Made by a program: the position numbers and the translations under genes. This document shows, one piece after another, positions 25,401 through 40,400 of a DNA stretch of 64,000 bases. Position 1 is the first letter of the stretch. Every line of letters begins with the position of its first letter. The notes under the pieces are model-generated. The model was not told the DNA's origin. It made no database searches and saw nothing but the letters and a program-made list of their open reading frames with translations. This DNA is from Callorhinchus milii (Eukaryota): positions 12,524,001 to 12,588,000 of the forward strand of contig NW_024704748.1 in the NCBI RefSeq assembly GCF_018977255.1, written 5' to 3'.

Positions 25401-28400
25401 TTAATTAGTGGATTGAGTGGGAGGGGAGGGGGTGACGGGTTTTTTCACTGCTGTCTGTCTTGTCTGTTCCTCGGCCCATCTGTGAACTATAGTGGAGATG
25501 CATAAGGAAACATGATGGGGTGGCATCTCATTCTTCTGGAGTCATTTGGGAACATAAGAGCCCTGAAAAACAATTCACTACTGGGACATTTCCAAGCAGA
25601 TAACTGAGAACCCTAATACTATCTTTGCATCGGTCCCCAAACTAAATTTCAAGGTCCAATACACAAAAGCTGCAACATATTGCAAGAGCACATACAGATA
25701 AGGCAATTAAAACAAATTCACAGTAAGTTTTGCTACTTCATTCTTTCTAGGGTGTGATGCAACAAAAATAATGACGAACTTTAAAAAAACTTTTTAAAAA
25801 ATCTCAAATATTAGCAGATCTAACTTCTCCAAAATTGGATTTATCACTGCATGTGTTTCTTTACATTGGGATGTAATGTAAAAGCACTTGCCCTGTTCAC
25901 AGCTGGTGACATTTCAAATGAACACGGGTTGAATGGTCTGTGGGTCCTGTTTGCACAATTATAAACCATAATTATACTGTTTTGTAAGACTGTTCTGCTG
26001 CGGGCATTGCAGGCGAGCCTATTCTTGTTCCCGTCCAACACCTGCAGTTGTGCATTTCCAGTCATTGGATAGGATCCGAAATGTAATACACTTAGTAACT
26101 TTCCTTTCCTGGCCCAGCCTGATGTTGCTGAGGCCAATTTTAGCAGTGCCCGTGTAGATAACTAGCTCACAGCATGGGTGTAGATACCTACGGGTGTCGT
26201 GGTTCAGTTTCACTTCAGGCAATCTCTTGCACTGAGCTATCAGGAGAGCAGTCTGTGTGTTTTATAACATTTCAAAATAAACCAAATAAAGTCATAATCC
26301 CAACACTTGCAAGCATTTGCATACAACTTGTCGTCTGCTTTTCCTCTTTAATTGCAGATTTAGATTTATCTTCTTCGATTTTGAGTTCCTTCAGTATAAA
26401 TAGTGAAAGGTACTCAAGATACTTAAGACAGAATTATGGTCTTGGGTTGAATGTAGTTGTTGTGAATAATACCCCACAGATCTCACAATATTGCAGTGAC
26501 ATTTTATTACAGAATGCAGATTGGTTAGCTATATTTTCAGGGATGTTATTATTTCAGTTGCTGTTTTGACTTGAAGCAAAGCCAGTTCTGTAATGTAGGA
26601 TCTGTGGAATTGTCAGGTTATTTCTGATTGATTTGATCCTCCTGTCCCTTGAAATTGAGTCTCGTAAAATATTAAAGTAATTGTTCTGATCTGTGTGTGT
26701 CTCTCTCCTATGTATAGGTACCGATGAGCAAGCTATCACTGATGTTCTTGCAAATCGATCAAATAAGCAAAGACAGCAGATTACGTTGTCCTTCAAAACA
26801 GCTTATGGAAAGGTGAGCGTTGCATTCTAGCAGAGATACAGTCATACCTGGAAGCTCCTCCATGGAGTTATCTGCCTCAATCCTCTTTCCTTGCCTTCTT
26901 TCCCCTTTATTCAAGTGATTATCAATTCTCTTTTAATTGACAACATCCATTTAAAAAAAATAACAATTTACATTTATAATCAATCCCTTTCTCGTCAGGA
27001 TGATCTCATGAGGCGCTTCCATGGGTTAACCTCCCATTTAAGGGTCTGTTACAATTGGGAACTTTCCTTAGATTTAAACAATGCACACAATTGGCGCAAG
27101 CAAACCATATCCCTTATGAACAACAAATCTTTTTACGCTAAACAGCTGATGTGCTGGGCTACAATATGCAACACTTTTAACAGGATTATTTACCAAGAAC
27201 ACAGGAAGAACATCATGCTGACTTGTAGCATGTCCAGTCTGACACAAAAATAATAATTACATTTGGTAGAGTACCTCTCACATCAGGAAGACCTCTCAAA
27301 GTGCTTTGCAGTATTTACTGTAAAATGGTATGATTGTGTATTTTGTGGGCGGACTCTCGTTGAAGCAGAGTTCCCATGGGTTGTCCTGACCTACTTTGTG
27401 TTATTGGATGGGTCGACACTCAGATTCCTGGGGAAATTCTTAAATGTGTGGCAATCTGAAGGCAAGGCTGCTCATTTCTTTACCCGTTTTCTGCTTCTAC
27501 AACAACAGGCAAAGGAGAAAGATTTGGTCACCTGATAAAGCCCTAAGAAATTAAGTCTTGCTTCTATTGCTTGGCTTGGAGTGATTATAGTGTCAGTATG
27601 GTATACAGTTGCTGTATCATTATATCATAAAAATCTGTTGCAGTCACCACCATATTTGTTGCTGAATATTTGGGATTTGTTTTTTTTTAATTGTGGATGG
27701 GTGAGATTTAATGGGCCAAAGGGCCCTCTTTCATCGGAACCAATCGTGTGATTCTTTCTTCCTGCCACAGGACTTGGTGAAAGAGCTGAAGTCTGAACTA
27801 TCGGGTAACTTTGAGAAAGCCGTTCTGTCCCTGATTAAGCCATCACTACTTTATGATGCAACTGAATTGAAAGATGCAATAAAGGTGAGTAATGGGCTGA
27901 GTGCTGGCATCAAAACACAGATCTACTGCAGGGACTGTAAATCTGCTTTACTTCTGGAGTTGCTCATGTTCCTGTGGAATAAGTTAGACCTATGTTTGAT
28001 TGACTGGAAACCCTCTGAACATTTTATGACCACAGCCAAAGGGATAGATTTAGTGCTTCCAGTTCCATGCATAGCTAGTTTCTAAAGGAAGTAACTGGTA
28101 ATGTCAGTCACACCTGACTTTAAAATATTTTCGACAATGTATAAAAAATTCTTCAGGATAATAGTACGTTTTTTATGCACATTTTGGGTTTCTAAGCATT
28201 TTTCTCTGTCTTTCTCTCTCCATTTCCCATGAGTTTGATTTTGTGCTGGTTTTAGATTTATTGATGGACTTGGTGTCAGTACCCGTCATTGATCTATCCC
28301 TCCTTCATATCTTTGTATCTCTAGCTGATAGAAAAACGATCATAGTTTAGATCTCCGAACTGGCTCTGTACGTCTCCAGTTTCACTGGAGAAAAGCCATG

Positions 28401-31400
28401 TTAAATTGAGAAGTCCCAGACCAAGAAATTCTGACAGAGGGCCTAGGCTCCACATATAACAGTTTGACCAATTTAAAATCTCTTAACAAGTTTCCTCTTA
28501 TCTCTATAAAGTATTTTTTCTGAAAAAAACCCAGGAATTGCTGGTGTGTTACTTTTTTTTGTGTTTCCTGCAGGGTGCTGGCACTGATGAACAGTGTCTC
28601 ATTGAGATCCTTGCATCCCGTTCCAATGCAGAAATCCATGAGATCAACCGGATATACAAAGCAGGTGAAATACTTCCCCATTTCCAGACTAACCTCTCTT
28701 ATCTCGCCGATGTTCCTATAGATTGGTAGTGTCCACCTGTATTTTCTGGCAAGGTTTCAGACTATCCCTATTTTTCTGCAGGGGTGGTTAGCATTCACTC
28801 ACATTTCTTCAGATAAGCTTATTTTAGAGGGACAGCATTAGCACAGGCAGTTTGCTGTATTTGCATTTATCAGATTTGTGACAAATTCAGTATAAAAGCA
28901 AAGTGGCAAAGTTTGTACAGCAGCCTCTCTTGCTGTTAAACCTTTCTTGGTTAGGAAGTCCCTGGTGTATACTGAGTGGTGGGGTGGAGGTAGAGTTACC
29001 CTAGGTTAGGAAATAAAAAATGTTGCTATACTTTCAGATATACGATCTGATGAATCAGTCCTGGGAAGTATGGACAACGGTTGATATTGCATAGAGCTTG
29101 GCTGTAAAATTCTCTTATCTTCCCCCCCCCCCACCCAAGTGAACTTGAACTCAGAAGAGGAAGGGAGGAAATTGGAGAGGGAACAAACCATTTTTAATAT
29201 GTACCGTATGTGGTATGGGAGTCTGAGGTTATTTCCTCCTTCCTGCCTGACTACTCCGTAATACATGAACCTTTGAGGAATCAATTTTGTTTACATGAAG
29301 AGGTTTGAAACTCTGGTTTCCTGATGGATTCTCTGACCACTGTAATCCAGTGCTTCAGTAATACCATTGAGCTTCAGCTGGGGGTTGCATTCTTTTAGAT
29401 ATACTTACTTTGGAATACTTTCAATGATGGTACAGAAATCCATTGAGTGGCATCTGTGTAACTGGCTTCCAATGCACACATTGATGTGTGTACACAAACT
29501 GTCTTCAGCGAAACAGTCTGCTGTCCTCCCACTCGTGTTTGCTCAATCGCTAAAACCAGACTGTTTCCAATGACAACAGCGATGTCTTGTTCACTTCCAC
29601 TTCCTGATCTCCAAGTGAAACTATATCGTCAGCAGCTGAATTTGTGATCACAAAGAGGCTCCTGATCAGAGGTTTAGAAAACTAATTTTATTTTTAGGCT
29701 GTGACCTATTTAGGGCCAAAGAGATGGGACCATAATGGTCTTCCAGTCTCGTCACTTTGGTGCCAAACCTTATAGGTCGGATATTCATCCGGTGATCAGA
29801 TTAGATTATGTTGTGAGCAAAGGTTTCCAATGCCAACTGCGAGGAGATGCTGGACATCCGTCTGCTCCCTCCCTGTCACCCCCTCCCACCCCATACCCTA
29901 CCCATACCTCGTTCCACACCTTCGAACCTGTCTCTCAACACCACTCTAACCTGCATGAAACTGACCATCTGCTCCTTCGATCCCATCCCAATCCCTCTCC
30001 TTACCTCCCAGCTCCACCTCCTTGGCCCTTTACTCACAGACATCTGTCCACTGGTACTGTTCCCACTGCATTAAAAATGGCTGTCATCACTCCTGTACTT
30101 AAGAAACCCTCCCTGGACCTCTCTCTGCTCTCAAACTACTGCCCCATCTCCAACCTCCCTTTCCTCTCCAAGGTGCTGGAATGAGTTGTTGCTTCCCAGC
30201 TTTGCTCCTTCCTCTCCCGCCAATCCCTCCAATCGGGTTTCTGTGGCGCTCACAGCACAGAAACAGCCCTGGTCAAAGTGACAGATGACGTTCTGTTCAT
30301 CTGTGACCAGAGCTCCCTCTGCCTCCTCGTTCTCCTTGACCTCTCTGATGCCTTCGATACCGTCGACTACTCTAACCTCATCCACTGTCTCTTCTCTCAG
30401 CTCAACCTTCACGGCTCTTTCCCTGACTAGTTCAAATCATACCTCTCACATAGCCTCAACTTCACCTCCACAAACTGTTTCTCCTCTAGCCCCCGCACCA
30501 TCTCATGCAGCGTTCCTCAGGGCTCTGTCCTTGGTCCCCTCCTCTTCAATACCTATATGCTCCCCCTTGGTGACATCATCCACAGACATGGGGTCAACTT
30601 CCATATGTATGCAGATGACACCCAACTGTGCCTCTTTGCCTCCACCCTTGACTCCAGGACCACTGCTGTCCTGATAGAATGTCTGTCAGACATCAAGTCC
30701 TGGATGAGAGCTAATTTTCTTCAGTTGAATGTCAACAAGACCGAGGCTCTCCTGATTGGCTCCCATCAGCGACTCCTCACATCAGGCGCTGATAGCATCA
30801 CCATCCATGGTTGCACACTCCACCTTACTAAGCCAGTCTGGAATCTTGGCGTCTTGTTTGACCCTCAACTATCCTTTCTAACCCACATCTGTGCCATGAC
30901 CCACTCTGCCTTTCCCCACCTCCACAACATCACCCGACTCCACCACTGTCTCACACCGCAGGCTGCCGAAACCCTCATACAGGCTTTCATTACATCGAGG
31001 CTTGACTTTGCAAACTACTGGCTTGTCGGCTTCACCAACTCCTCCTTCCATAGGCTGCAGATCAACCAGAACTCTGCAGCCCATATCCTCTCCTGCACCA
31101 GGCTCCATGACCCTATCATCCCCATCCTCACCCACTCCACTGGCTTCCCATTACACAGAGGATACAGTTCAAGATCTTGGTCCTCACCTTTAAGCCCTGC
31201 ATGGTCTTGCTCCCCCCTACCTCTGTGACCTCCTAACGCCTCACAATCCTGCTTGCTTCCTCCACTCAGTGGGCTCCAGCCTGCTTCACGTCCCCCACCT
31301 CGCTTGCCCCACTGTGCCCCCACCCTCTGGAACTCTATCCCGCAGTCCCTCCGCCTCACCCCTTGTCTCCTTCAAGACCTATCTCAAGATCTTCCTCTTT

Positions 31401-34400
31401 GCCTGTGCTATCGATCACCCTACTGTCCTCCACCCTCCCCAATCCCGACTCCCAGCTCGGGTCCAAAACTCTGACTGTCCAGCACCTTGGGACATCCTCC
31501 CGATGTGAAAGGCCCTATACAAATGTAATTTTGCTGTTGTTTATTCCATCCTCTATTGAACATGGTGAATAGTCTTGTGGTACAGTGGAAACCTTGTCTT
31601 ATGTGACTCATTCATATTTGAGTCGAGACAGAGAGTTTCAGTAGGGCCTCACCCTACTGTAGAGGTGGTCATAGCTGAACCCAACCCCATCTTCTCCCTG
31701 CATCTCACGATGTCTGTATCTGGATAGTGATCAATACTGGGATCCAGCTGATTGTGTCTGCATGAAGCATTGTGGCTAACTATATATGTCTGGAATACCG
31801 TATGTAAGTGGTTATGTGATGTGACACTTATCAGGTCCTTTGGTTTGCAGAGTTCAAGAAGACATTGGAGGAAGATATCAAGAGCGACACGTCAGGCCAC
31901 TTTGAGAGGCTGCTTGTCTCCCTTACACAAGTACAGTAATAGTGAAGTGTGCTGAAGCTAATTGGTTCAATCCAATTGTATCTAGAGTCCTTGTGCTCGT
32001 GTACACCTCGCTCAGAACTTGTTGTGGTTGAAATTGGCTCTTATGCCGAGTATGGTTAGCACCAGCAGCGCTTAGTGCTTTCCCAATGAGCTATCCTTTA
32101 TGTATAAGTCTGAACATTGAGGGTCAGGAGGTTGTATGATTATGGGGAGCATCAATCCTGAGTCTGATCTTACCTAACCGCCCACACTTCAGCATCAGCG
32201 CTGGGAGTCACTGGATGGTAATTGTATCTGGGAATCATAGTTGACATTCCTCTTTCTACCCTTGTTTACCCCGCCTGAGATTAGCTAATTCAGCACACTC
32301 TGGGAATTGAACCTAAAACCTTCTAGAGGGTATGGCTCGGCGCTCCACTGGGCGCTTTAAACCAGTAGAGGAACAGAGCAGTACATTCAAATGACCTTCT
32401 TATCTGTCTGAACCAGGCTCTTGAAGGTGTTTATGAGGGGCCTGGGAAGGGCCAGATTGTCCCCTTCATCCTTATCTTGCTACATTATCCTAACTGGATT
32501 ATTCACTCCCACCGAGGATTATTCGCCTGTTGAGTCATTATGTCCATGAACTTTGAGCCTGTAATTCTAATTCTCTGCCTTTTCTCCATATCCTTTAATA
32601 TGCTTACTTTATCCTATGATCTTCTGAGGTGGTCTGATGGACAAGTGTTATTAAACCTGGGAAGAGTAGGGATAGGGCACTAGAGAAATGGACGTCATGT
32701 GGACAAATAAGTCGTGGTTGTAAATTGTTTTATTTCTTTAGGGTAACCGAGATGAAAGCCAAAATGTGGATATAACTCTTGTTAAAAAGGATGCACAGGT
32801 TAGTAAAAAAAATAAGCTGCCATTGTGTACTTGCTTTCCTTTGTCTTACTATGTAGCAAAATGATTGTGCAAGTTTGCACGCTGAGCTTAAAGCAAGAAC
32901 TTTTTGAGACTCTTGGTAACACCTTTAAGCAGCTGGTGTCCCAAGATAAAAGTTAATAATAATCCTTGCGTTTGATATAGCGCATTATCACATCTTTGAG
33001 AGATCTCAAAGAGCTTCACAGAATATACTGTAAAGTTAAGGCCTGATCGTGGATGGCCTTGCTTAAGAGAAGCTGTTTTGAAATGAAACCTTATGGTGCT
33101 GCAGTAAAGATGCTTTCGAATCACTGATAGGGTGGAACCACTTGAAACCCTGCCAAGTGACATACTGTTAATTGGCAGCATAGTGCTTAGCAACTTCAGA
33201 TCTGCTTTAAATCTGTCTCGTTGCAATGCTGCATTTGAGAATAATTTATGAGCTTTGTAATAATAACTATTTTTGTTTGATACTTGAGAGCAATCTGTAC
33301 TGTAAATAAAAGAATCTGAAATGGAGGAATCAAAAAGTTAATCCAAAGAGCAGTCTGTTACAGAGTGGCGTGATACGCAGGAAGTCTTGTTAATTAAGTT
33401 GCCTCAGAGACCTGCAGTCAGACACTCCCTAGTTACTCCCATTGTGTGTGCAGCCAGAGCTTTCCATGCAATGCCTGAAACCTGACACGCACATATTCGG
33501 ATATACTTGCTTATTTTCACCTAACTTTATTTTAGAAAATTCCTCCTGGCTAATGGTAGAATTTAACGCCCATTAAAGTAACATGTCATAGCATCTAGAA
33601 TTCGGCAAATTCTTAAATCCAAACTTAATTTTGAAACCATTTTTCTTTAAGGTCTTTTAAGAAAAACAGCTTTAAATTTGAGGCTGAAATTCAACAATTT
33701 GCCAGATTCTAGACACCAGAAAATACTAAGTTAATAGGGCACACATAAAGCCAGGTGGAATTTTACTCCATGTATCTTTTATTACGGATATGAAATAGTT
33801 CAGCTGAGACACGCAATGTTTGGGAAGAAGTGGTTTGACAAAGTCTTGCTTTGTTTGCAAGCACAGAACGCAATGACGAAAATAGCACTGAGGCATGTAC
33901 TTTTACTATTTGCGTGTGACGTTATCGTGATGAGCTTAATACGCAGCTGTTCTGTCCCTCTGTCTCACACAAGAAAACAAGTTGAAAACATTTTGAATTC
34001 CCCCACAACCCCACATTTGCATACTCCCATTTAAATTCGAATATTCAAGATCGATAGATCTTTTTAAGATAATAGGACTTTTAAATGAAGCAAGTCTCGG
34101 CATTCAGTGATCGACTTTTTCTCTCTGAACATGACTGACTTGTATTTTCTTTGCTAACACTCAGGATTTGTACACCGCTGGAGAGGGCCGCATGGGAACA
34201 GACGAATCTCGCTTTAATGCCATCCTGTGTGCCAGGAGTAGACCTCACCTGAAAGCAGGTAAAGCAACCTGACAATGTTGTTCATTGCTGCTGTGAAATC
34301 GCTGCTAAAGTTGGAGTTTCACTGAACTTAAAATACAAAACACAATTGTGGAAAATTCCCAATTTGGATTTTGATTTGGAAGCCGAGAGAGAACAGTAAT

Positions 34401-37400
34401 TAGCTCAATCTGGTGACTTCCAAAGTTACATAACACACAGACACTCGCAGTTCATATGAAGAATGGTCACTTGGGCAATGATGCTGTGAGAACTGCTGGC
34501 ACTTGTGGAAACTTACCCCAGTACAAGTTGCTATTTTCAGGAGAATTTTTTTTCCCCTGTTTCTGTTGTGGAAATGTCAGCTGTATATCCTGAAGCTTAT
34601 TTGCGCAACCTTCATTTTGAATCCTGGACTTTGCTTGGCAAAGCCAATGGGGCTGAAAAGCATGAAGGGAGAGCCCGATCAGCAGCACTACCTATTGATT
34701 TATTAAACTGTGACTCCTGCACAACTCTCAGCAGACAGTTCAAGCCTAGCACTGGTAGAACTTGCCAATGGCTTACCTGCCTGCCTGATGGCTTGAGGAA
34801 GTAGCCTTGAGGAGACACCCAGAAGGAGGGCAAATGATTGATTGAGACCTCTTCTCTGGAAATCCAGCCAGTACCAGTCTTTAGACAGTTAATTGCGCTT
34901 CATAAACCGTGAGCATATAATTTCTTTTTAGCTGTGAGTAAATGTTCTCATTTCTGTTTCAGTGTTTGAGGAGTATCGTCAGATCTGTAAACATGACATT
35001 GAGAAAAGCATCTGCCGTGAGATGTCTGGAAACCTGGAGAGGGGCATGGTGGCAGTGGGTGAGATATGCTTCTTAACGTTTCTCATACTTTGAGGAGTGT
35101 TCCTATTGAATGCTCTCACTTGTGTAATTTTGATTGAATCTCAGTCTTTGCAGGAATCTCATGAGCTGGAGCCCAGGAAGAGTATTTGATTTTTACTTGC
35201 GACTGAAGTCTTCTTTAAAATCAAAATTGATCCATTTGACATAATTTTAGAATATGAATGTGTGTGTGAGAAAGAGAGAGAGAGAGACCAAGGGAGGGCC
35301 ACAGATGGATGTATACAGAAAGCTGACAGAAATATGTTGGCATGTCATGTGTAGACCCCGGGTAATGGTGTTTCCTCGTGTTTCCTTTTCTGATGCTGTC
35401 TGGATTTTCAGTCGTGATCCGGTAGAGTTGGGTACAGTTGTCTTTCTAATTGTCGTCGCTTGTGTGTTTATTTTGTGTCTGTGTGCCTGGCAACTTTAAA
35501 AGGCATATTGTCTTCATGGAAAAGTACATGATCAGCCGTTGGCTTCACTTGCAGGTGGCATTCATCTCCCTGTCCATCTTCAAAACAAAGGGGACGAAAT
35601 GATGCTTCAGCTGCATATAGCGTTAGTCAGACCCCATCTGGAGACTGCGTTCAGTTTTGGTACCACACCTCAGGAAAGATATATTGGCCCAGAAGGGGTG
35701 CAGCACAGGCTCACCAGAATGTTACTAGATCTAAAATGGGACAACTTACAAGGAAAGACTGCGTAAACTTGGATTGTATTCCCTTGAGTTTAGAAGGTTG
35801 AGGGGTGATTTGATTCAGGTATTTAAAATGATAAAGGGATTTGATAGGATAGATATGGAGAAGCTATTTCCTCTGCTGGGGGAATCCAGAACAAGAGGGT
35901 GTAGTGTTAAAAATTTGAACCTGGCCATTTAAGAGTGAAATCAAGAAGCATTTTTTCACTCAAAGGGTGGTAGAAATCTGGAATTCTCTCCCCCGAAAGG
36001 CCATGGATGCTGGATCCATCCACACAGTCAAGAAAGAGATTGATAGATTTTTGGTAGGTCGGAGTATTAAGGGATATGGGGAGAAAGCGGGAAATTGGAA
36101 TTTAATTAAATTGCAGAACAGGCTCAAAGGGCTGAACGGGCTCTGCCTGTTCCTATGTTCAAATGCTTTTCCATGAAACAGTAGCCCTTTAATATTCCAG
36201 TAGGTGTGCCTAGTGTGGTTTTCAACCCTTTTGATTTATTGTTTGAAGTGGATTCATGGTGTACTCCAGTTTATCTGCTCAGAGCCGCATGGTTATCCAG
36301 TGTGCTGCTCCACCACAATAATAATAATAATCCCTGCAAAACAAAACAATAATAAATTGGTCATTTTCAATCCACGACTGTTTGTGGGACACTGCTGTGC
36401 GCAATTGGCTGCCGCGTTTCGCCCACAAATATACAGTCAATTCACTTTACAGTCTATTCTGTGAAGCGCTTTGAGATGTCGAGAAGACGTGAAAAGCGCT
36501 ATATCAAATTCAAGGATTATTATTATTATGATGCGACTCATGAATTGTCATTCCACGTCTGAATTTAATTATCTCCATCAAATGTTTTTAACAGAACATG
36601 TCCTTAGTTAACCTGTGGCTAGATTTTGAAATCTGTGTTTGTAGTTTTTTAAAAAAAAAATCTTTTTCATATACAGTATTTCTTTACCCCTCTTACTACT
36701 TTTCTGCTTTCCTGGAATTATGTTTTCTCCTGCTGCTGTGGCACAGTTGTCAGACCACCCACTGTACCTCTTATGTGATGCTTAGCTGGCAATCCCATCA
36801 CTGTGGCAGCACAGCTAAGTCTGAGCTTGTCCACATATGTCTACTCCCAGCAGGGGCAGCAAGTTAGCAATCGGGAGTGATAACCTGCCTGCTTTTTCCC
36901 CAGGGCCAGAGAAGTTTTGTAAAGAGCTCCCTTTCACTCTCACATTCTTAAATTCTGAGGCAAAATGATTTTACAGGTTCAGATTGATGGAAATGATGAT
37001 GTCTTTTGTAAACTCAGCGTAGACCAGAGACTGAAACTGGACCTGGAATCTTATGCTCTGGCTGGCTCAGCTATTCACGGAAGAAACTCAGAGTTGTCAG
37101 TGTCCTCCATCTCTGTGCATTGGAACATAATGTGTCTGTTTCCCCTCAACTTGGCCAGTTTTAAATGGATGAAAGTAAGCTCATAGCATTGAGCTTTCTG
37201 TACCCCAGGCCTGCAGAAGGCTCTGCTCATCAGTGTGCACTTGTGACCAGTCCCTGTGCTCAGATTGACTAGATGGCTCATTGGTAGACAACCATCCCCT
37301 CACCCAAAAGAAACAATGGAACATGCAGCACATCACATGGGTCATACGGTCGCCACCTGTTACCCTGCACACGTACACATGAGTACATCATGCGTGTGGA

Positions 37401-40400
37401 GCGGGCAGACATCCTCTCCAGGATAATCTTTACCACCCAGGAGTCAGCCACTCGTTGTTCAAAATAATAGGGTTTTTATATTATTTACCCCGATCTGGAG
37501 AAAATTTGGAAAACTCCAGGAATATGTTTTTTTAGCAATTTTTTTAAAGTCTGAATCCCACGAGCCGATGGGTGAATTGCTAGTCCCCAGCTCCATCTAG
37601 TGGCTTGAGACTGGATTTGCTTCTAGCTGGAGTGATCTTGATTTTGAACTGTAATCGGTTGTTCAGACAAATGAGATCCCAGGCTTGTTTCCTGTTCTAT
37701 GCAACGTTAGCAGATCTCGGTTGGGATGAGCATTTGAAGTGAATCGTGTGTCCGTTTTTCCAATCTGTGTCCATATATCAGCAAATAGCTGCCACCATGC
37801 ACATGTGTTCTTGAACTTTGAAAACACAGAATGCAGGCAACCAGTTTTAGGTAAAATAACACACAAAAATGAAATCCCAATTTTTACAACACTTGCAATT
37901 TTATATGATTTAAAAAAAGATGGCGATGGGAAGTGACTTCACTTAATTAGTCATTAAAGAGAAGACACTGTAAACCAGAACAGAAGGGAATATTTCTTTT
38001 TCCTTCTCGTGGAAGAACGAGGGGCTCCATAAGCATTATTTGTCACCAGACTGCATCATCCTATGGGGTGAATTAGGATCCGTGACTAGTTTGATTGAGC
38101 ACTAGATTGCCAGTAAAAAAAATAAAACCACAAGCTCCCTATTAGCACTGAACAAGAGAGGACATGTAAATTTCTCCAAAATATGATTGGAAGGAAATGA
38201 CTGTCTTGGAAGCCAGTCAAATAATCCAGGCCGGCTCTTCAGATTTTAATAAATAAGATGCAGTCTTCAATGGGTCTTTTTATAATGTACATCATTGCCA
38301 TTTAAGGTTTTTGTCTTTTCCAAGCAGGCTAGCTTAAAGTTGCAGTCAAGGTTTTGATAGAAGAAAGCGATTGTGCAGGGCAGAGAGTTGTATAGGAAGA
38401 GAATATAATTGGTGAGCACAAAGTGGCTGAAAATTTATCTACCGAAGGTGGGACGGCGGATGTGAAGATGTACTGTGAGATGCCATGTGGTGTGATTATT
38501 TCTTGAGAAGGACATATTCAGCTGGGGGTGACACTGATAATTATCAACATAATCCACATGTGTTGTACATGATAAAGTATTTTTCAGCAGGGAGCCAAAC
38601 TTGGAGAATTTGAAATTGTATCGCTGGGATCCTGTTTGATTATTGAAATCTGAATGGGAAGGATGTAGTATTTCCTTTCACATTTTGTCCTGGCATCTGC
38701 AGGAAAACTAGAATTGTTGATACTTGTAATTTAAATCCGGTTTGGATATAAGGTTAAGTGAAACATTTCTATTCAGTTGTTTGAGATGATTGTGAACTGA
38801 ATTGGCGGAGATATATGTATATATACACAAGATATATACATATCATATATATATATTTACCCATGTTCTACTATTCCATGGTGTTGTGCTCCATCTTTAT
38901 ATCTATCTGCCCTTGAGCACCAGTTCAGTTTAACCATTTTGTTCTCCTCAACTGTGTGCAAAATCATTCGTGAAGTGTTTTGATGTGTTTGACAATTCTT
39001 CACTTCTTCCCAGTGTTAAACTCAATCTCTTGTTATATATTCCATTACTGTTTATAAATGGTCCATAAGATCAGCATTAATTCCATATGAGACACCCCTC
39101 ACATACAAGTCTCTTCTTGTATTGGTTAAAAAGGAACCATTTGTGAATGTCCTGTGCATAATTTGTTTGCTGGCAACAAATAATATGATATGTTCTATTC
39201 ACAGTGAAATGTCTCCGGAATACTCCTGCCTTCTTTGCTGAGAGACTCTACAAGTCCATGAAGGTAAAAGCTGACTTGGTGCAGTGTGTTCTGTTACTCT
39301 TTTTGGTCAGATGTGGGGTGTGACCAGTAAGTATCTGATCCAAGCTTGAACCCCATCCGAGACTGAAATACAATATACATTTACATAGTGGCTTTTATGT
39401 CAGGAGGACATCCTAATCCTGGCTTGGTATCCAAGCTGAGGATGGGGAGGGGAACAATGACCAAAGATGCGGTGAAAGAGGTAGGTCTTGAGACAGACCT
39501 TGAATGAGGTGAGGGAGGGAGGGAGTCAGAGAAACTCTGGGATGGAGTTCCAGAGAGTGGGGGCAGAGAGGCCGAAAGCCTTTTTCTTCACATCTATTCT
39601 GTTTCAAAAAAAGAACGATTGCTATTAGGACATAGTGCAGAGACTTTACTTTGTCTGTATGCACTGCATGTTAATGTGCCAGGGATTTAAAATGTCAACC
39701 TTTAAAATACAGTAACTAAACTGTGAAAGAACCATAAAATGTTAAAACAGATTATTTTTTACAAAGAAGCATATAATTTGGTTATTTTTATAAAATGTAT
39801 ATATTTTTATCCCTGTGATGAGCACTGACCCATTGTACTGCACCTCTGTGAATACAGTAAACTCCTTTGAAACTGAAAATTCCTTGACGCTATAAGTCAA
39901 TAATATCATCCTTAGTGGTGCTCACCTCAACAACATTTGTAAAGCACCTTTCACCTCGGGAAGACTTCTCAAGGTGCTGAACAGTCAGGGATTCAGAAAA
40001 GTCCTAGAGACACTGATTCAGTTCCTTTCAGCTACGATGTATGGGCACACAAGGAGTGGAAAACTGCTGTGCCTTTATGCAAAAATGTATTTTTTAGTCT
40101 GCATCTACAAGGATCTTTCCCTTCACCACCCACTTGATTGCCAACCCTACTCAGGTGCCAAGCCTGGACTTGTAAGGGCCTTGGGATACTATATAAATTT
40201 AATTTGTATTGTGTATAAACAAGGCATTAATTGTGCATGAAATATTGCAGGAAAGAACCGTCTGTTCTGGATTAATTATGCAACTATAACACAAGCATTC
40301 AGCGTCTTCGAGGCTAAGGACATACCATTGTGCCTTTTAGAAGAAGCCCGGTAATAGTAGCTTGCAAAAGGACAAAGCACAGCTAAGAAAAGAAATCGGA

